In this document: positions 49,401 to 62,110 of the stretch, piece by piece | Layout: every line of letters begins with the position of its first letter | Position numbering within the stretch: position 1 is the stretch's first letter | NCBI GenBank assembly: GCA_965113315.1 | Contig: OZ220363.1 | Direction: 5' to 3' (one strand) | Source: Podarcis vaucheri | Taxonomy: Eukaryota | Length of the DNA: 64,000 nucleotides | Program-made: the position numbers and the translations under genes | The notes under the pieces: generated by a model | Told to the model about the DNA's origin: nothing | Database searches by the model: none | Seen by the model: only the letters and a program-made list of their open reading frames with translations

Positions 49401-52400
49401 TCAAGCTCAGTGCTTGAATATTAAACTGGAGGGGATGAAGACCAAGGTAATATAAAAGGAGAGGTCTGAGTGGGTCCCTGATTTACAGGGCGAAAGCCCA
49501 GCTTCCTTCCAACTTCATCACTGAAAAGGTACACACAGCAGCAAATCAAAGAATATCAAATGCTGGGTCACCTACTAGTTTTCCCTTGTCACCAGGGTTC
49601 AGCTGGGGTAAATTTTTTTTTAAGTGCTGCATGAATTTTCATGCATTTTATCCATTTATTAATCACCTTATTATTTCAAAATGGGCACTTCTGAAACTAC
49701 AAAACTCCTCCAGGGATTGAAGGGTCTTGGCAACATTACAGGAATGGGTGGGGAAGCCAGTCAGCACTGGACACAGCTATATTCTACTTGAAACTTGCGG
49801 AACCATTTTTCAGGGGAAATAATAAGTAGCATTTCCAGCTCAGCCCCTCCACTCTGTACACATTACATCCGTCTTCTCTCCAAAGGCAGGAAGTAAACAT
49901 TGTGGATAACATGAAAATGTGGGTACCTTTTTGTGAGCCCATAATTCACACTTTTCAAAAAATACACAAATTGAAACATAGTGCTTCTTTGACATTCACA
50001 TTTCTCTGAATTTTGCAGTGCAGTTATCCAACCATGTAATGTGTACAATAGTATAAAGTAAGCATAAAAACGCATATGTTCATGAAAATAGCACACCAAG
50101 ATGCATTATAGTAAGGAAAGTTGCTTTGCAAAAACCTAGATTAGGCAAAATTGCATACAAAATGTATATTGGAAGAAATCATCACTAAAATCCTGGTAGA
50201 TTTTCATGAAGACACTTAAAAAACATACAAATGCAAACTGATGTGGAAATATGATGTGGAACTGAACTTAAAAAAGAGGAATTGGGAGAAATTGACAGAT
50301 TCCTCCATCCTTAGATTTGCTGAACCAGAAAGTGAAGGAGAAAGTGGGAAGAGTAAAGCAGCTGTGGGAACATCTGGCCCTCCAGATGTTGCTGGACTAC
50401 AACTCTCACCACCCCTGGACATTGGCTATACTTGCTGCGACTGATGGGAGTTATAGATCAGCAACATCTGGAGAGCCAAAAATTCTGCACACTTTGAGTA
50501 AAGCCAAGTGTGGCTGTTCTGCCCTCACAAGGGTCAGTTGTTTAGTGATAGCAAACCTGTGTATTGGTATTAGGTAGAAGGAATGACAATGCTGCCCCTT
50601 TAAGAAAAGATAGTGCCTTTTAATGGATTTTGACTTCTTGTAACCCTACCCTAGAAGGCCTGTGGTTTCCAACACAGAAGCAATGGTTCTGGCAACTGGG
50701 CTCCAGGCCTGGTTCTGGAAGGCCCAGAATTCAATCCATACCACCAGTGGCTGACATCTCTGGCATTCTGGTGCCTTTGTCATGTCATTACTTTACTGCG
50801 GAGGAACTGCACTCTCAGGCGCAATAAGTGAGGAAAGTTTTTTTGGGGGAAGAGGTTGTAATGTTGAGGGAATCCAATCTATGGGAATCCAATCATCAGT
50901 GTGTGAAGCAATTCCAGTCAATGTTTTATAAAAAGCTGAGGAGATCTGGGGACTAGGCCTTGAGATGCAGATTTCTGGTAGGCTTTTCTCTTGCTTAACA
51001 TGTATTTGAATTTGCTCTATAGCAAGTGGTTTGGTCACCAAGCTTTGTGTAAAGAGCACATCTTACAAAGGTCATAATGGTGAAAGGTATCTTGTGAGTG
51101 GCTTTGTTATGGAAGTGAGTCAACTGCCTTTCGATTGTGATTACCTGATATATCCCTCGACGCTGCTTTGTCCTCTCAGCTGGTCCTCCATCAGGTATGT
51201 GTTGTGGGAGGAGGAGATAAAGTAATGGCAGAGGGGCTGAGACATATCCTGGAAGACCGTCCTGTGCTCAGGGTTGAAGATGGAGCCATCGGGGGAGCAG
51301 AGGTACATGAGGAACCCATCAATGCTCAGGATGTGGCGAGCCTTGGCTGTGGGAAGAGAGAGCCAGTTGGAGAGAGAACAATACTGAGGAGGAATTAGCC
51401 TCTGAAAAAAACAAAAGACACTGAACTGGACAAAGCCCATGAAAGAGGAGCCTTTGGAGTGCTGGGGGAAAGCATCAGTTTCTATGGCAATTGGCGTCAT
51501 GAAACTGATACAGGTGGTGATAAGTGCTTTGTGGAGATCTAGTGGGACAAGAGAGACACACAGATACCCTCTCCCCCTCAATGCCTGGGAGCTCCTATTC
51601 TGAGAGAGGATTTGGCACTATTCGAGGGCCAACCTGTGCTAACTGGGGGCACTTGTCCAGGTTGTGGGCCCGCCAGCTCTCCCCCCTCCTCCACCCCCAC
51701 CCCGCCAACCTGTCTCAGACGGCTCATATCTGTCAATCATCTCCATGGCGAGCTCATCAGTGCCAGCCCCCTCCATCTGCTCCTGTTGCAAGAAGTCCAC
51801 AAACTCCAACAGTGTCAGCTTTTTGCCATCCTCGGAGTACTCCTGGAACAACTCGAGCACCTCGTCCCGCTGAGTCAGTGCTTTGTAGAAGAGCACAAAC
51901 TCCTCCCCCTCCAGTGTACCTGTCTCTGATTTGTCGGCCATCTGCAAGGAATGGAAGGGTCTCTGACCAAGGGGGTCCTTTGCGCAGAAAGGAGAACATT
52001 GTGATAAAAGCAATGGGGCGAGGCAGAGCCAGCCAGTGTGAGGCCATCTAGATGGCTTGGACTACAACTCCAACCTGTCAGCTTGGCCAGTGGTTGAAGG
52101 ATGGTGATGGGAGTTTGTAGTCTGCAACATCTGGAGGGTACCACATTGGCTACACAGGACATACAGGATCAGAGGTTTACTCATTAAGACACTGCTGCTG
52201 CTACTACTACAGCACTAAATGTGCCCTAGCTGATGCACAGTACATCATAGCCATGTGGTCCTTGCCCAAGGAGCTTTAAACTACCATAAAATGACTATAT
52301 GGAGGCAGGAGTAGTAAAGGGTCGGGGATTAAATAAAGAGTGTGGGTAGGATGGGGGGCAGCTTCTGGATCTGGGATGATCCACCACTGCTCTTGCCAGT

Positions 52401-55400
52401 TTCTATTGTCAGCCCCCATTGGGGTCAACAACATAATAGAGAGACTTGGGGATGCCATGAGATGTCTCTGCACGTGACCTGCAGTGATTTCTGTACTATA
52501 TCACTGAGTTTGACTAGACAACAGACAACATACAGAGATGGGCAAGGAGCCACAGCCAGGTGGATGATGCTTTGACGGAGAGATATAATGACACTGGACA
52601 ACAGAATAGCCAGGTTTGGGGGCACAGCGTGTGAGCAAAGAAAAACAGAAGTGAATATATGTGCACCATGGTGTATCATGTGTGGAAATGAGGTGCTGTA
52701 GTATTTTGAAGAGCAAGCTCAGGGATTTCCCTATGCAACCCAGTACCGTAACTTCCCCACCACAGCACCCAAATTTACTTGGAAGAGCCGGAAGGCATGG
52801 TCTTCATTCATAGCCACGTTCATCATCCTGAGCAAGTGCTGCACCTCCTTGAAATTCATACGTCCATCCTTGTCCTTATCAGCTTTCATGAACCAGTCAC
52901 AGATCCATGTGCAGCCCAAGACATGGGTCAAGGAAAACAGTCTCATAGTGGCCGGGCAAAGCTAAGTCTTCAAAACTAGCCATAGCATAAAAGTGTACTC
53001 TAGTGTTGTCTAGCCAAGATGCTTCAAGAAACAGCCCTAGAATTTGGCAACTATTAACAATTGCATCTTGTTGAAATGCACCAACACGGGTTTAATTTTC
53101 ATAAGACTAAGCCCTTCATTCAAAATGTTACCTACCGTATTTATTGGCCAGTTCATTTATGTATTATTCTCCATTTAAAATCACAGAGTAGTTCACAGCA
53201 GAAATCAATAAAATACAACAACTGGCACCACCTTTCCCCGCCCATACATTCTATTCGGAATCTGTTATCTGCAGTTTTGCATGACTTCAAGTAGTGCTTA
53301 TAAAAAGAGGAAGAGCCAGAACCAAAGCAGACTGGAACAATGGGCAGTTCAGGCAAGACATGGCTGGGTAGTAGTGAAGAAAGGTTGGTTCATTGCAGGG
53401 GGAGGGACACGGTGTGACTGCAGAAGTAATGAATTGATAGGGAAGAACCACAGAAGAGATAGTGGAGACAGCTGAAGCTGTGAAGGAAAGGAGAGAAAGA
53501 GATCTAAGTGTCAGCAATTGAACACAGGAAATTACCTTATCTCAGGTCAGACCTACTGGCCCTCTAGTTCAGGATCATTTACGTGGGCTGACAGCAACTG
53601 TCCAGGATTTAAGGTAGGAGTATTTGCTAGCGCTACCTAGAGACACCAGAAATTGAACGCAGTATTTCTGTGTGCAAAGCTTGTGCTCTGCTACCAAGCT
53701 ACAGTTGATATCAACCTCATATTTGATATGAATCCTGGGTAGTATCTCCAGCATTGGAGAACAAATACAAAGTTGAGCTCTTGAGGTTAGCTTTTACAGG
53801 CATGGAAATGGACAGTGAATAATTCAACATAAGGATATTGATCCATCTTCTCCTTCTGGTCCATGTTAGTGACAATCTCCACAAGGCGCCGCAGGCCTTG
53901 GATCCAGCACTGAGCTTCCTCCGCTGAGCTGGCAATTAGGTCTAGATTGTTACGGCGCCCGTGGAAGACGACCGTGAAGCAGCATTCGGCTGGGAACTCC
54001 TCCGCTAGACTTTGCAGGACCTCCGACTGGTGTCCCTCACGCACAGTCTCCACATCACTCACTGAGACTTGGGAGAGAGGGATAACCGCCAAGAAACATC
54101 AGCCTTCATGCAAAGATTAGAGCTTAAGGTACAAAATTAGACCCTTGCTTCTTAGGTTGGGCCCCACACGAAGCAGCATCAGCATCCTTACCTAGCATTT
54201 ATCTATTCACATATTCAGCTTATTTAATCTGTCTGTCTATTCACCCAACTCTTTACTAGAGGTTCTATCCAAAGCAGCACTACGTGAAGATGCCATCAGC
54301 CCAAGGATTTCAGCTTGTGCAGTGGAACCCTCTCCACTTCTTCTCCCCCTGTGCATGCTCCTTAATACGTTCTAGGGGTTTTCCCCAACCCTCTGGAACT
54401 GATTTTGTGGGGTGCAGGACCCACATTGGGGGAGCAATGGGGTGTGTCCTGTTGCACAAGTGGAAATCCTAGCACTGATGAGATACGGTAATGGGCTTAA
54501 CTGTCCAGGGGTCCTCTACCTTTACCTTTACCTTTACCTTAGTTGAACAAACCCGTAAGAGCATAGAAATCTGCCTTATACTGAGTCAGATCATTGATCC
54601 ATTTAGGCCTGTATTGCCTATATTGGCTCGCCAGGATTTCAGACGGGGTCTTTTCTCAGTCCAATTTAGAGATGCTGGGGATTGACCCTAGGATTTTCTG
54701 TGTCAAAGGCAGATTTTTTCTGTCACTGAACTACAAGCCCTTCCTATCCTGTCTGTCCCAAGCTACTGTGCTGTCACAGAGTTTTGACCTCCGCAGATCA
54801 CAGGGGAAGAGATGAAAAAGCATTTTATTGGATCAATTAATGTTGGGAAATAATGTACATCCAGCATAAACTGATGGCGGAAGACATCTCAAAGGCAGTT
54901 GTGGGCAAGATAGTTTCACCCAGTGGACCATTAGCCTGGAAAAGTTCCAGCAGCAGGGTGAGCGTTCACAGAATCTCTAAGAGAAAATTAAACATCTCTG
55001 TGGATGACAGAACGAAAACATCCAGTACTAGAACAGATTATGCAATAGACAGAGGGAAGATGCACAACTTCCAGCACTCAAGATGAATCCAAATATAGTA
55101 TATTCTCTTCCAGCCAAACATATTTTAGTGACCAAGGTGGAAAATATAAATTGCACCACATGCATAAAAACTTCAATTAAATTAGCTGGCAATTTGATGT
55201 TCAATACCTGCTGCCTGAGGTCATCACCTCACTTATGTTTGTGACAGGATCAGTCCCGCTTCAAGTGTCACCATATATGAAAGTCAGGCTCAGTACACCA
55301 TGCCCAGTGCTCTTTTAGTTTTTAGACAGGCACATCTAAAATGCCTCTTGCAAGACATTCAGAACATAACATGCACAGATGCAGATGCACACAAACATTT

Positions 55401-57846
55401 CCCTTTGTAGTCCACATTGTGATGATCTGTTGCTGGATATCGGATGATGACAGGGACTTGCAAGTAAGTATTGGCAGCAGCTGGATGGAGAAGAAGTGTG
55501 TGCGCTTTTGTGTGTGTAGTTGAGGTAACCGTAAACTAACTGGTAGTTGTTGCAACAATGAGCTCACGTGTGTTTACATCCACTTGCTTTGATGTATACT
55601 AAGTGGCTTGCGTCGATGCTATGCTTATCTGTGAACCTTGGGACGCTGGGCTCTAGCCCCTGAGAGGGGAGAAGTCTTGGATAGCTGCCACCCATGGCCT
55701 CACTGGCCAGATGTGATGGGAGCTTCTGAGTAAACTGGTGTATGCTGTTTTGTACATAAAGGATGTCTACATGTTTGCTTGGGTGTGGACAAGCCATTGC
55801 CTTGCTGCAGTGTCCATCCTACATCTGTAAAGGCTGGGAGACCTGGCAGGCTGATTTGCTGTAAGTCTACACCTTCTTTTAATAAAGCACTAGAACTGAT
55901 AACTCTGGCGTTTTTTGACATCCTTCTTTGGTATCCTTGCAACCAACCACTCCCACAAGCTTTTCTTTCAGCTGGTGGATCAGGACAAGCAGTTCTTGCC
56001 AAGAGATTGAAGGTGGGCCTGAAGGTCAGATCCATTTGTATTGTTCCCAGAACATCCTGTTGGCACCCCGTGACATCAAGAGTCAGAGTTTTAACACCCC
56101 AGTCTGAAATTCAATCTAAATTTGCATTTAAATTAGCATTTATGTTATGGGCCTGTGCCCTGAATCTCTTAAATACCTGTTCCCCGGTGGAAGTCTGCTG
56201 CAGCCCAGCACTTTTTAAAAATCAAGCTAAGTAGTCCTTTGGCTTGGAATTGTGTGATTTTTGCATTCTGATCTCTTCCAATGACTGGTGTTGCCAGACT
56301 GTCATTAAACAGTTTCATGTGGGGGCTTCTGCAATCTGGACATGCTCCAACCCTTATGAAAGGATCCCCACATTGTGCTATATGCTTGCCTGAAAGTGCA
56401 AACTCAAAGACAAGGTGACATGGAAACCAGCCTTGCTAACCACCATTCAGAGCAGGGAGTGGAACTCACAGGCAGACTTGGCTTTGCCAGACATCTTGGA
56501 TTTGTACCAGACAGTCATGCAGTCATCTTGCAGCATGAAGTACCGGGGTTTCTTCCAGTTCTTGGACTTCACCTTGCGCATCATTGTCCCCTGTTGCATC
56601 TGCTCCAGGTTCTCATCCAGCTGAAGGCCTGAGCAGGAGATTGAGGGGACTGCATTTCATATCAGAAAGCGAGTGAGGGCCACCGCCCACCCAGGATGGG
56701 GAACACAAGGAATATTTGTTTGTGTTTAAGCATACAGATAAGGAACAGAAACTGATCCTATTGAGATGGGATGTCAAATTCAAGATAGAAAGACCCAGCT
56801 TCTGGAGGAAACATTATGCTCTGAATGAAACAGCCATTCCATATGATCCTTCTAAGCAGCCTACCCCAACCTGGTTCTCTTTGGTTGTTGTTGGACTACA
56901 ACTCCCATCATCCCTGTCCATTGGAGATGGAGTCCAACAAGATCTGGAAGGCACCAGGTTGGGAAAGGCTGCTGTAGGGCAAACATATTGATTCTACATT
57001 CAGATCTCCTTTTGCCTCCAGCAACAGTAGTCACATCCTGCCAGGTCCCCTATATTTCTCCCTTGGACTTAGAGGGTGTGTGGGATGTATTATTACTAGA
57101 GCAGTCAAGTACAACATTTTCCTTTTGTCTAGAATGGACACACAGAGGGATGTGGCTCCAGACAGGGAGGACTTCCTGTCAAACCTGCTATGGAGCTTCC
57201 TCCCCCTGTGTGTGGCCAGGTAGATGGGCGTGAGTGACCCTAGCTGACCAGATAAAAGGGCTGGTCATGCAACCATCTCACTATTACCCTCTTACTCTTG
57301 CTGGCTCTTAGCCAGCACATGGCTCAACCCACATAGGATGGAGCCTACAAGCAGAAAGTCTAAGATGTAGCTCAGACTTCTTTTCACTGTAACCACAGGA
57401 TACAGCCTGCCTTCACATTACTACTGTGAACTGAATGTGAGTAAAACTTTATTCTTACTTTTGCGTTATTATTATCTTAAGAGGGAGATAAAGGGGAAAC
57501 TTACCAGGAACAATCCAGACTGGATTGCTTAATTAAAGGATTCTAACGAATCATCAACTTGCTTCTGATAAGTCGCAAAAGGAATGTTGCTCTGCTGTTG
57601 ACTCACTAGCATGAGTGAGGAGGGATAATATCAAAACAATATATTCTCTCCTACCTTACTTAACATTCCCACAGGGAGAGGATGAGCAAGTGAACAAGCA
57701 CCACTGATGGCTGCAAGGGCTGTCACTCGGGAAAGATCTGCGGATGGCATTTTGGCAAAGGCCACCCAAAACCTGGAGGTAGCAATCTAGAGGTTCCCTG
57801 GAGACTCAAGAGAATACTCACGGACACTGTAGAGAACTGAAGTCAT
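40495..57846 (-). CDS. PLCD4: Phospholipase C delta 4. Coding exons 57822-57846, 56470-56628, 53839-54067, 52779-52908, 51710-51941, 51145-51346, 49044-49188, 48457-48609, 47727-47894, 46653-46809, 46032-46148, 44497-44675, 43558-43693, 42216-42365, 40495-40598 (2286 nt, 761 aa)
   Basis: PH domain ([11 protein letters not shown]), EF hands ([11 protein letters not shown]), X box ([25 protein letters not shown]), Y box ([16 protein letters not shown]), C2 domain ([21 protein letters not shown]). Phases are consistent once a U12 AT-AC intron is used. Position next to ZNF142 matches human synteny. Confidence 0.96.
40936..41045. mobile_element. 110-bp hAT (Tip100-like) MITE
   Basis: TIR (T)ATGGGTGTAGCCA / TGGCCACACCCATG; perfect 8-bp TSD GGCAGAGA (40928-40935 / 41046-41053). 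Confidence 0.8.
43876..44130. mobile_element. Tc1/mariner (Tigger/pogo-like) MITE
   Basis: TA-flanked CAGTGGTAC... / ...CCGAGGTACCACT ends; internal duplication of aaactcaaaacggaagc. Confidence 0.75.
52909..53838 (-). other. PLCD4: U12-type (minor spliceosome) AT-AC intron of PLCD4
   Basis: 5' splice site ATATCCTT at 53838-53831; branch site TTTTCCTTGAC at 52937-52927; terminal AC at 52910-52909; splicing gives in-frame ...KMDQ|WICDW... Confidence 0.93.
54478..54541 (+). mobile_element. Sauria SINE 3' tail fragment
   Basis: ...ggcttaactgtccaggggtcctct followed by an (ACCTTT)n tail. Confidence 0.65.
55509..55957 (+). mobile_element. Possible solo LTR of a different family
   Basis: TGTG...CACA ends, imperfect 6-bp flanks cgcttt/agcttt, AATAAA about 70 nt from the 3' end; boundaries uncertain. 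Confidence 0.35.
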
Positions 57847-58999
57847 GGTCCTTCTTCCCGTGGGTTGGCACAACAATCACCTAGAACACAGGAGAGTCAA
57901 TTGGTTTCAGAATTGCCATATCCCGTAATTTGACCTAGCATTTTCTGAAGACTCAGTATCTGATTTATTTTCTGATGTTTTGCATAAGCAATTCTAGTCC
58001 CACAATCATACAGAAGTGCCTTTTTATCTTTAATCGCCTTATCAGTCCTTTGATAGAAGTCATAAAAATATCTTAAGGTCAAGAAATTATATCTGGTAAA
58101 AAAAGGGGGGGTTTATTTGTTGCTGCTGCTGGGATTTATTTCCACAACCTCTTAGCATTACCATTAGCAGTGATAAAAATATATATTCTCTCTTCATAGC
58201 ACTTCAGGAAAATATCAGAATAAGCACCCTCATTTTGATGCAGTTTTCTCTCAGACATGGAGCCGCTGCGTACTTATCTGTGTGGTTCCACATATGTTTT
58301 CATACTTGCAATGATGTATCTTTTAGAAAATTTTCATTAAATTTCATGGTACATCCTGGTTAATCCGTCTTAATGCTCAATGCAATACAAAAAAATCTGG
58401 GATAATGATTTCTTAGGTTTGTCCACTAAGACTTGTTCTAACTGGGTCAGTGATCAAAGGTTTCTTTACTTTGCTAACCTATTAATACAAAAAGTGCCTG
58501 GTTTCAAAATACTGGGAGAGGGAGAGAGAGAGACAGGCCAAAGCACCACCAGTGACCAGTCAGATGCCTATATTGGAAGCCCACAAGCAGGAACTTCCCC
58601 TCCACCCACCAAGTTTTTATTAGGACTGCAGCACACAAAGAGAGAAGGCTTAACCTTTTCCCCCACAGCTACAATTTTAATTAAAATAGTCCCCAACCAC
58701 AGCAATTAGCTTTTTTGGGGGGGAGGGAGGAATTTGCTTCAGCGGCGACTTCTGTCTGGATCTCAGCTGGGAAACAAAACCAGCTCTCTTTCAACGCAGA
58801 AAACCTTCCCAACCCTATCAGATACAGAGATTTTTACTGGCCACTGGCCACTAGATGAATGGCCTGCTTTAACATCTGTCATTTTAAAAATGGGCAGCAC
58901 ATTTACCTATTTAACCCCCTTCAAACTCCAAAGCAATTTAGAGAAGGAGAAGGCTATTCTTTTTACAAAGGCTTTCTTTTTTGCAAATTCCAAACAGGT

Positions 59000-59117
59000 G
59001 GCTATGCTAGTCTGAGTGCAGCAAAATAAGAGTCTTGTGGCAGCTTAAAGACTAACACATTTATAATGGCATAAGCTCTTGTGGACCACAGTCTACTTCC
59101 ATCACATGCATCCATGA
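59000..59117. mobile_element. Penelope-like element terminal repeat remnant next to the assembly gap; related remnants at about 60057-60165 and 60485-60580
   Basis: ggctatgctagtctg...gcagcttaaagactaacacatttataatggcataagct...catcacatgcat resembles sauropsid Penelope termini; 60485-60580 (-) reads FKTKFCQETAELQFIRQL...GLNPD, like a GIY-YIG endonuclease C-terminus. Confidence 0.55.
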
Positions 59118-59270
59118 NNNNNNNNNNNNNNNNNNNNNNNNNNNNNNNNNNNNNNNNNNNNNNNNNNNNNNNNNNNNNNNNNNNNNNNNNNNNNNNNNNN
59201 NNNNNNNNNNNNNNNNNNNNNNNNNNNNNNNNNNNNNNNNNNNNNNNNNNNNNNNNNNNNNNNNNNNNNN
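59118..59270. other. Assembly gap (153 N)
   Basis: Seen directly. Confidence 1.
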
Positions 59271-61227
59271 CAAAAAATGCACTTCTCAGTCCCCCAAGCG
59301 ACAGAATGTTCCAGGACAGTCTTTCATGGGGTCTGTTTCCATGTGAGGAGTGAATAACTGGCAAACATGCAAGGAATACTAATTCCCAGAACAGCACCAG
59401 TCCACCAAAGCAACAGGATCTGCCCAAAATTACTCCATAAGAGCTAGTGGCAAAATCATTTTTCTCTTGCTAAATACAAAGCTGAAAAATTGTTTTTTTT
59501 CAGGCCCTACAGAGCAAAACATAACCCAAATCCCTGTAGCTGGAAGTAGTCACCAGCCATCAAGGGCCATTGAAGTAAGTTCTTTCCACCATCAAACACT
59601 ACAACAGCCTAGAGTGGAAAAAACCACCAGTTATGCATATGTAAAGAGTTCATTTGAGAAGCTGAAAGGTACTTCAAACAAAGGATAGTGTCTAGAGAGG
59701 GCACACATTTGAACAATCTTAACAGTTGCCTGGTATGTAGGGAAGGAGATGATCCAAGGAATACATGAAAGCAAATTTTCCATCAAAACAGTGATCTGGG
59801 AAAACCTAATGCTTTACCCTGGAGTTGGGGGTGGAAAGAAAATAAAATTCTTCAGCTGCTGAATACATAACAGAGAGCAATGGGGAAGGATCTCAATCAT
59901 GGCAGAAAGCTCTGGTTATTTGCTTTTCCTATATAATTTGGCAAAGTGCATGTCCAATCATTCCAATAATGTACCACTTCATTAAATTAGTCTGAGGAAC
60001 AGGCTTCCTGCAGTATCTTTCATTAAGGTAATCAAAGAACTGCAGCATCAAAAATACTAGCTGTGTTAGTTTGGTAGAGCACAAACAGCAAAGTGTTTTG
60101 TGGCTCCTTCAAGGCCAACACATTTACTAGCTTTTGTGCACCAGAGTCTGCTTTTGTCAGAAGCCTGAAGGGTAATCCTGAGACGTAAGACCACCCTGTG
60201 ACCTCTGGAACTGGCCTGAGACCTCTAGGTATAGGGCGGTATATCAATTCAATAAATAATCATCATCATCGTCATCCTGAATTAGCAAGCGTACTCTGGG
60301 ACAAAGAGATGTACAGGAGTGAGTTCAGACAGAAGTGAAATGCAAAAAGAACAGGCAGTAATGTTTACCTGAAAGCAAGATAGTTACAGGGTCCAATTAA
60401 CAAGGCAGTACTGGTAGTAAGACTAATGTTTTGTCATTGATAAGCTAATGAACCCATGTAGTGTGATGTCAAAACAAAATCAAGCCTACAATCTGGATTC
60501 AAGCCGCACATGGCTTGAATTAATTGCCTGATAAATTGTAATTCAGCAGTTTCCTGGCAGAATTTCGTTTTGAAGTCCATATTCAGACTTCATCCCAGCT
60601 TGATGCCGCTTTTGCTTATTATTGGCATTTCAGGAAAGGATGAGAAGTGGGCAGGGGACTGCGTCTCTGGAAATAAATTTGACCCTTGGTGGTGACCCCT
60701 CTTTAAATGCTGAACCTTTCTCCTCCTAATGTACCTAGGAGGGGTTTTTTTTGTATCCTCTCAAAAATGGACTCTTAGGCAAACAAGGTGCACTGGGGTA
60801 TCAAAATTATGGATGTGCATTTAATGGAATGAAGCAGCTGACTTCTGGGAAGAGGTAAAAGTCTGTAGAACATGCAGTCCTTTCCCCTGCATGATGGCGA
60901 AAGGCAAGTGAAATGCTTTGCCATGAGAAATCATCATCTCCATGCATAAGCTCATTCTTTCCCATTGCAAAGCCAATCTGTCTTCCCCACGGAGATGGCT
61001 ATCCAGAGAGAAAGGACAGAAAAGGATATGAACCTTGAGCAAGCCCCTGAACATGCGATCTTTGTGCAATGTGACAGCTGTGAGCTGACGCTGACCTTGA
61101 AACAGCTCAAGCAACAAATTATAGACCATGTCAGGAATTGCAAGTAGCACCCTAGGAGCACACTGGCCGACAAAAGTAGGTTAAATTAATGTTAGTTTCT
61201 CTTATTTTCCTTGCCTTGTCCAAGGTA

Positions 61228-61680
61228 CTACATGGAGATGGCGGAAATGACTGGCAGAATACGAGACCAGGGAGAAGAGCTTGTGGAAGAAGATTGGAGG
61301 AAATTTAAAAATTATTTACAGAAGCATTGTAAAATTTTTGAATGCTGATGACGTTGAAATGAACTGAAGGGGTTCTAGCAACAAGGTAAAATGTAAGATC
61401 GGATTGATAATAGATAAGTTAAATTGGATATGAATTTGCTGAACCAATTTTTAAAAGGGATACAAAAAAGGGAGGCGTGAGGAAGTCAGGAAAATAAGTT
61501 AACTAAAGATGAGAAATCAAAAAAAAAAAAGAGGGAGTTTTGTTTTCTTTTATATGTGTTTTTTCTTTTTCTTTTTTGTGTTTAATGTCTGTATTTTTGT
61601 ATTTTGTAATTTTGTATTTTTCTGTTTTTGTATTTTTCTGAACTTTTCTATTGATAAAGCTTAATAAAATATTATAAAAA
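61228..61680 (+). mobile_element. L1/Tx1-type LINE 3' end
   Basis: YMEMAEMTGRIRDQGEELVEEDWRKFKNYLQKHC* resembles squamate L1 ORF2 C-termini; T-rich 3' UTR, AATAAA and A-rich tail. Confidence 0.7.
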
Positions 61681-61904
61681 ACAAGGTGCTTTGTAATCAT
61701 TACTCTTAATAATTTACATAACACTTTTCATGTACAAAAGTGTGCCACAGTATTTTAAATTTATTGGTTCTCTCCTCCCCCAGTAATTTGAACCTGATAA
61801 TAATGATAATGATAGTAAGAGGTATTATCTGAAAGAGCATCCCACCTATTGACTGGGACCAGTGCTTTAAAAAATAAAAAAAATAAAATTAAATAGCCTA
61901 TCCA

Positions 61905-62110
61905 TGAGAGCTAGTGGGGTATAGTGGTTACAGTCTCAGATTTAGGTGGCGGAAACCTGAGTTGAAATCAGTGCTCAGCCATAAAGCTTACCGGGTGACC
62001 TTGGGCCAATCTGTCTCTCAGCCTAGCCTAAGCTCACAAGGTTGTCGTGAGAATAAATGTGGTTTGGGGTGAGGGGAGAGAGAGCAGTGTATACTGCCTC
62101 TTAGCTCTTG
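61905..62110 (+). mobile_element. tRNA-derived CORE/MIR-like SINE
   Basis: A-box-like gtggggtatagtggtt, B-box-like gagttgaaatc, CORE-like gggtgaccttgggcca...ctctcagcctagccta..ctcacaaggttgtcgtgag. Confidence 0.7.
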
